A stretch of 64,000 nt of DNA from NCBI GenBank assembly GCA_002366565.1, contig DFBJ01000012.1, positions 494,950 through 558,949 on the forward strand, read 5' to 3'. The notes under the pieces were generated by a model. It did not search any database. It was not told where the DNA came from and was given only the letters and a program-made list of their open reading frames with translations. Source of the DNA: Bacteriovoracaceae bacterium UBA3083. Lineage in GTDB: Bacteria; Bdellovibrionota; Bacteriovoracia; Bacteriovoracales; Bacteriovoracaceae. Below are positions 59,137 through 64,000 of the stretch, piece after piece; position 1 is the first letter of the stretch, and each line of letters opens with the position of its first letter. The position numbers and the translations under genes are program-made.

Positions 59137-59789
59137 ATAACCCTCATTCTATCGGGGTCAGTTGGACGACTTTCACTTCTGTGTGAGTTAGGTATAAATT
59201 TTATAATTTCATCGACTCGTAAGTAAACAATTTTCAGGCCAGATTCGATAATTAATTCCTCTACAATTCTTGACGGAAGAATTGTCCTGAAAGCGTAATT
59301 ATCTTGGTAAAGAATATGTGTTTCGTCATCAAAGAACTGATTATCTTCAAAGCTCATCTCCTTTGACTCACACATGACTTCGAGGAGAAATGAACCACCA
59401 TGCTTTAATATATTGAATACATTCTTAAAAAATTCTTTAAAGGATTCTATCCCAATAGTGCAATGGAGTAAGTGAGAGTCTAAAATGAGATCCCAAGATT
59501 TAGAAGGCTTAAACTCTAAAAAATCACAATGGTAAATATGACAACCTGTGGCCTTACAAAGATGGTCTGCAGCACTCTTGCTTAACTCTAGTCCTTCCAC
59601 TTCCCAGTCGCTATCTTTAGAATTTACGTGAATGCCAAGACCACAGCCAATTTCTAAATAAGAAATCACCTGTAAGTCCCCTTGAAAGTTAGACTTGTAT
59701 AAATCTAAGAGACCTAATAATGATTCATTTGGTATAAACTTGTAACCTTCTGAAATTAGGCATTCATAGTGTTCATTATATTTATGCAT
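59121..59789 (-). CDS. class I SAM-dependent methyltransferase
   Basis: 222 aa. It has motif I LEIGCGLGIH and motif post-I LDSHLLH. It overlaps the MscS gene by 16 nt. Confidence 0.6.
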   Translation of the reverse strand: MHKYNEHYECLISEGYKFIPNESLLGLLDLYKSNFQGDLQVISYLEIGCGLGIHVNSKDSDWEVEGLELSKSAADHLCKATGCHIYHCDFLEFKPSKSWDLILDSHLLHCTIGIESFKEFFKNVFNILKHGGSFLLEVMCESKEMSFEDNQFFDDETHILYQDNYAFRTILPSRIVEELIIESGLKIVYLRVDEIIKFIPNSHRSESRPTDPDRMRVICLKE

Positions 59790-60015
59790 TAGAGAATTAT
59801 AACAGAAGGTATTCTATAATAATTACGCAATGCGTAACAATAACTTCAATTGTCTCCTTAAAAGTGGCATAGTCATTGCTATATACCCACACACACCCTC
59901 CAAAAAAGAAACGGACATCTTTATTAGGGACAGAATGAAACTAAACTGGTGTCTATTTGTTACTACAAGTCATTTTTTAGACTTATTGGCACCAAACTTC
60001 AGGAGAAAAAAAGTA

Positions 60016-63000
60016 ATGAAGAATCTAAGCACGCTAAAGAACTCAAAGCTAACTACATCAATTACACTTGCATTGCTTTTTGCTCTATCTCCACAAGTAT
60101 TGGCCGCAAACCCTAGTTGGGCCAAAGGTTATATAGGCAAAGTAAGTTTCAAAATAAACGATGATACCAATCTTCAACAAAGAATTAGAAAGGTCGAGGC
60201 GACAAAAACTGCATACAACCAGTCTAAACAACAACTAAATAAGCAACAAAAAGTTGTTGATCAATTACAAAAGAGTAAACAAGCTTTAACAAAAGAAATA
60301 AAAAAGCTGACTGATGAAATCTCAAGTAAAATAACACTTAAGTCTAAAACAGAAACAGACCTTAAGAAAAATAAATTGAATATCACAAAAGTAAATAAGA
60401 ACTTAGAAAGTACTACTACTCAACTAACAAAAAAACAAAATGAACTTACTAAATCAAAGAAAACGTTAGCCAGTAAAGAGAATAAGCTAAAAAAGCAAGA
60501 AGAGTCTTGCGCAGCTTCTCCTTCTGCAGCCTGTAAGAGCAAAGTAAAAGAATTACAACAAGATATAAAAGTCTATAAAACAATTATTGCTCAACAAAAG
60601 AAGCAAGCGACAACAATAGCAGCAAAAGTTAAAAGTATAAAAAATAACTTAAATGCATTAAAAACAAAGGTTTCAAATCAAACTAAGCAAATTGCCAAGC
60701 TTAACTCAGAAATAATAGCCAAAAATAAAAAGGTAACTAGCAATAAGAACCAGCTAAAGAAAAGTGCTCAACAAATAAAGACAGCAAAAAGCAAGTTGAA
60801 TGTTATTCAAAAAGAAACAAAAAACCTAGCTGCTGCACTAGAGTACGCAGAGATAGATAAAGATACATATAAAAAGAGAATTATCGCTAGAGTTCTAGAT
60901 GCAAATAAGAAAGGAGCTCATGAAGGTTCACTAGATGGAGAATCTGATGGAAGATTCCTATCAAACAGACTCGGAACTTACCACGGTTCAAGAGATGGTG
61001 AAAATGACGGACTCATAGACGGAACTAGAGATGGAAGAGAAAGGCAGAGAGCTATTGGCTATCAACAAGGTCAGCTCGACGGTTCTGTTAGAGCAGAACA
61101 AGAAGGAACAACAACAGGAACCCTTGAAGGTACATACGCAGGAAATATTGATGCGGCTAAAAAAGCAGCTACAACAGATGGTACAAATAGAGCAAATGCT
61201 TCTGATGCTATAAGTGTTGGTACTACTCAAGGGGCAGCAGCAGGAATGCAAAGAGCTGTTGATACAGGAAAGCAAGTAGGTACACAAGCTGGTGAGCAAG
61301 AGGCTGTTAATAAATTTGAATCAAGGGCCTTAGACCAAAAAACTGTTTCTGGTTCTTTTGCCGGTGCATTCGCAAGGGTCATTCCAACATTTCCAAGAAA
61401 TCACCAAGGAAGAAACTATAATCCATCAGGTAACTACACAATAAAGGTAGCCGAACTAGCATTTAAGGATGGCTATAAGACTAGATATAAAGGAAGAGTA
61501 CGTTCAACATATGAAACTGTTATTCCAAGAATCTACAATGATACTTATACTAACAACTATGAAGAGAATTACGAAGAGACATACTCTAGAGAATACCCAA
61601 ATGATAGACAGGCTGGATATAATCAGGGAGAGATTAATGCATTTAATAGAGATTATGGAATGCACTATGATAACGCTTACAATCGCTCAAGAACTGAGTT
61701 TAGCCTAAACCCGAACACATCTTCTACTGAATACCAATCAACTTATAGAAATGTAGAAGAGAGCGTATATCAGTCTCAGTATGAAAACTTAAGAATTTCT
61801 CAATACCAACAAGTTGAAGCCGATACATTCAACTCTAACATTGAAGAGCAAACAGAACTATTTAGATCTAAAAGACATGCATCAGTTACAAGTATATACA
61901 AGAGCAATCCTGTATTAAAATTTGTATCATCTTCAATTGTTGATGGAGGAATCAACGGAGTTGCTGCTAATGACGGTATTTTCCAGCCAGGAGAAACAAC
62001 TATACATAACTTAGTTATACAAAACTTTGGAGACAAAGAAGCTAAAAATGTTGTTGTAGTTATGGAGGATGGTTCGAAATCTGTAATTGACTCAATCCCT
62101 GCAAAATCAATAACTACAGTAAAGGGAGCAGCGAAATCAAAGGTACAAGCAACTCTAGGATCTACTGATATAAAGATATTAAATGTATACTCTCCACTAA
62201 CTGCAGAGGCGTCGATACAAGGTAGGCATTTTTCAAATAGATCACAAGGAAAAGTAAACTCAGGTGATAGAAAATCACAAAGAGTAAGCTACCCTCTTTC
62301 TCTTACAGGGTTATCAACTAATGGAACTTTAATCATTGGGAAAAATAACACTTTAAGCGTCAACCTAATCAACAACTCTAAAAGAAATTATACAGGAGAA
62401 CTTAAAGTTGAAGTTAAAGAGAATGCTAAATCAAAGATAATAACAAAAGAGTTTAGCCCTATCGCAAGTCTTAACTCATCTACAACTTTAAAAGATTCAG
62501 TAGTAAAGGTAGTTAATGAAGAAGACGTTTATACACCAATTACTTTTACTGCAACAGTAAGTAAGAATGGAGTAACTCTTGGAACACTGGATAATAAACT
62601 TGTGACAATGGCGAAGTCTCCATATGTAGAAAAGGCCGGTAAACCTGTTGTTGTAGTTAACTCTGAATATTCTTCGAGAGATCTAGTAGACTTACTTTCA
62701 ACAATGGGTGGATTAAATGGCGCTAGTGTATTAGACACATCTCTTGCATCTTTAAATAAAAATACTCTGACTAAAGGAGTTAATGGAAAAACATTACTAC
62801 TTCTAGAAAAAGGTACTTTAAAAGATGTAGATGGCCTACTTAAAAAGTCTACGGCAACTTCTGTTGTTCTTCTAGATGAATTACAAAATGGCTTAGGTAG
62901 CGTGAAATCTATCTCAACATTTAAAGATGCTGAAATGTTTGACTTCAATGTTTCTGGTGTAACTTCAAATACAAAGGTTATGTTTGCAAATCCAATGAGA

Positions 63001-63606
63001 TCTTCAGGACTAAAAACTGCAGTCCCAGTAATGGCATCAGACATCAAGTCATACAAGAAATACTTAGCACTTGCAGAGTTAATGAAACTATCTAATGACC
63101 AAATTCTAAAAAAGATCGAGTCATCAGTAACAAAAAGCTCATTCTTCTCACCTACCGTAGCAAACAAGCAACTTATGCAAGCTGGTATAATTAGAGGAAT
63201 TGATGAAACAATGAGAATTAACAAGCACTATGATCTAAGTGGAAGTGGACTTAGTAGAGACAAAGATATTGCGAATCTATTGAAAGATGACAAATCTCTT
63301 TTTCATAATAAACTTGGAGACTTAGTTGACGGAAAAGCTAAAGATAAAAATATTTCGCTATTTCTTTTTGCACACGATTTCTACTATACTATGAGAAATG
63401 CTCTTAAGTCTTACTCTCCAATTGAAGACAGAGTTAAATTTGCAATACAAAATAGAATGTTTGGTGCATTATTTATCTCTGCAGCATTAAAAGATGTTGA
63501 TAAGAGTTACAAAGCATTAAAGAAATACGATAAGAATCTTTATAAAAGAGTCTCAAATAGCAAAGGTATGCATGCTCCTTTTAAAATGGCACCAGAAAGA
63601 GATTAA
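60016..63606 (+). CDS. very large secreted protein with N-terminal coiled-coil region (hypothetical)
   Basis: The start is placed at MKNLSTL… with an aggag RBS 10 nt upstream and a signal peptide (LALLFALSPQVLAANP); the ORF extends upstream to 59830. Residues about 60-330 are K/Q/T-rich coiled coil, followed by a Gly/Asp-rich region (DG repeats) and a beta-rich C-terminal part. Confidence 0.5.
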   Translation: MKNLSTLKNSKLTTSITLALLFALSPQVLAANPSWAKGYIGKVSFKINDDTNLQQRIRKVEATKTAYNQSKQQLNKQQKVVDQLQKSKQALTKEIKKLTDEISSKITLKSKTETDLKKNKLNITKVNKNLESTTTQLTKKQNELTKSKKTLASKENKLKKQEESCAASPSAACKSKVKELQQDIKVYKTIIAQQKKQATTIAAKVKSIKNNLNALKTKVSNQTKQIAKLNSEIIAKNKKVTSNKNQLKKSAQQIKTAKSKLNVIQKETKNLAAALEYAEIDKDTYKKRIIARVLDANKKGAHEGSLDGESDGRFLSNRLGTYHGSRDGENDGLIDGTRDGRERQRAIGYQQGQLDGSVRAEQEGTTTGTLEGTYAGNIDAAKKAATTDGTNRANASDAISVGTTQGAAAGMQRAVDTGKQVGTQAGEQEAVNKFESRALDQKTVSGSFAGAFARVIPTFPRNHQGRNYNPSGNYTIKVAELAFKDGYKTRYKGRVRSTYETVIPRIYNDTYTNNYEENYEETYSREYPNDRQAGYNQGEINAFNRDYGMHYDNAYNRSRTEFSLNPNTSSTEYQSTYRNVEESVYQSQYENLRISQYQQVEADTFNSNIEEQTELFRSKRHASVTSIYKSNPVLKFVSSSIVDGGINGVAANDGIFQPGETTIHNLVIQNFGDKEAKNVVVVMEDGSKSVIDSIPAKSITTVKGAAKSKVQATLGSTDIKILNVYSPLTAEASIQGRHFSNRSQGKVNSGDRKSQRVSYPLSLTGLSTNGTLIIGKNNTLSVNLINNSKRNYTGELKVEVKENAKSKIITKEFSPIASLNSSTTLKDSVVKVVNEEDVYTPITFTATVSKNGVTLGTLDNKLVTMAKSPYVEKAGKPVVVVNSEYSSRDLVDLLSTMGGLNGASVLDTSLASLNKNTLTKGVNGKTLLLLEKGTLKDVDGLLKKSTATSVVLLDELQNGLGSVKSISTFKDAEMFDFNVSGVTSNTKVMFANPMRSSGLKTAVPVMASDIKSYKKYLALAELMKLSNDQILKKIESSVTKSSFFSPTVANKQLMQAGIIRGIDETMRINKHYDLSGSGLSRDKDIANLLKDDKSLFHNKLGDLVDGKAKDKNISLFLFAHDFYYTMRNALKSYSPIEDRVKFAIQNRMFGALFISAALKDVDKSYKALKKYDKNLYKRVSNSKGMHAPFKMAPERD

Positions 63607-63616
63607 AACTATATTC

Positions 63617-64000
63617 ATGGGGGGATTAATATCCCTCCTATTTTTTTCTCATCATGCTTTTGCTTCTCCTTTAAAAATTGCAATTCTAGATACCGGCTTC
63701 TGCTTAGACAAATTAAGTCCCTCAAAAAACATAACTATCCATAAGAGTATAGATTTAACAAAGAGTAATAACTTTAAATGTAGTACTTTAAAGAGAAGTG
63801 ATAGAAGGCTTCACGGGAATTGGGTTCTTACACAATTTCTAAAAGAGATAAAAAATAAAGCGCCAATAGAAATCACTCCATTTATTGTTTTTGATAAAAA
63901 TGCAAAGCAGGACTCTAAGTCATGGATTGAGGCATTTAAAAGACAAGAAGAATTCAACTTATTTATAATTGCTGCAGGGATTAGAGAAATAAAGAAGTTA
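63617..64000 (+). CDS. subtilisin-like serine peptidase (S8), 5' partial (runs off window)
   Basis: It has a signal peptide, then IAILDTGF (subtilase catalytic Asp motif) and …RLHGNWV… (His motif region). There is no stop codon before the window end. Confidence 0.45.
   Translation, partial: MGGLISLLFFSHHAFASPLKIAILDTGFCLDKLSPSKNITIHKSIDLTKSNNFKCSTLKRSDRRLHGNWVLTQFLKEIKNKAPIEITPFIVFDKNAKQDSKSWIEAFKRQEEFNLFIIAAGIREIKKL

Noticed and set aside
1-64000. Search for rRNA, tRNA, CRISPR arrays, integrases/transposases or prophage blocks
   Set aside because: No tRNA-like cloverleaf-sized GC-rich islands and no regularly spaced direct repeats were seen. No recombinase or transposase-like ORFs were found either; all large ORFs are accounted for by metabolic, secreted or hypothetical proteins.

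Overview
This AT-rich bacterial chromosomal window is densely coded, with about 55 protein genes and no rRNA, tRNA, CRISPR or obvious mobile elements. Gene content includes many large secreted low-complexity proteins, a mevalonate-pathway operon, an NfeD/stomatin pair, and PilZ-like c-di-GMP receptor-type proteins. This is consistent with a Bdellovibrio-like predatory bacterium, possibly Bacteriovorax/Halobacteriovorax-like, but that is inference only. The recognisable housekeeping genes are trxB, mdh, a Prx-Grx hybrid peroxiredoxin, a U32 peptidase pair, a MazG-like gene, MscS, and a mevalonate-pathway operon (fni, class II HMG-CoA reductase, two GHMP kinases, diphosphomevalonate decarboxylase). 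The most notable locus spans about 39.2-58.3 kb. It starts with a tight operon encoding a winged-helix regulator, an elongating beta-ketoacyl synthase, an ACP and a CrtI-like FAD oxidoreductase. These are fused to a complete oleABCD head-to-head olefin/beta-lactone condensation cassette (FabH-like OleA, haloalkane-dehalogenase-like OleB, AMP-ligase OleC, 3beta-HSD-like OleD). Nearby lies a second minus-strand module encoding an AcrB-like RND permease, a secreted protein, a paralogous FAD oxidoreductase and FabG, FabZ and FabI. Together these look like a dedicated type II FAS-like assembly line feeding an Ole condensation, with desaturase/saturase-like tailoring and an exporter. The product is probably an unusual long-chain, possibly polyunsaturated, hydrocarbon or lipid; I do not recognise this architecture as a described system. 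Other features of interest are a divergent pair of paralogous proteins with a PilZ-like N-terminus and a degenerate sigma54-activator AAA+ domain sharing a promoter region with a 10-bp perfect inverted repeat, a secreted protein with about 14 tandem cysteine-spaced C-R-N-V-P repeats, an orphan PaaZ, and an orphan ParB-like protein.
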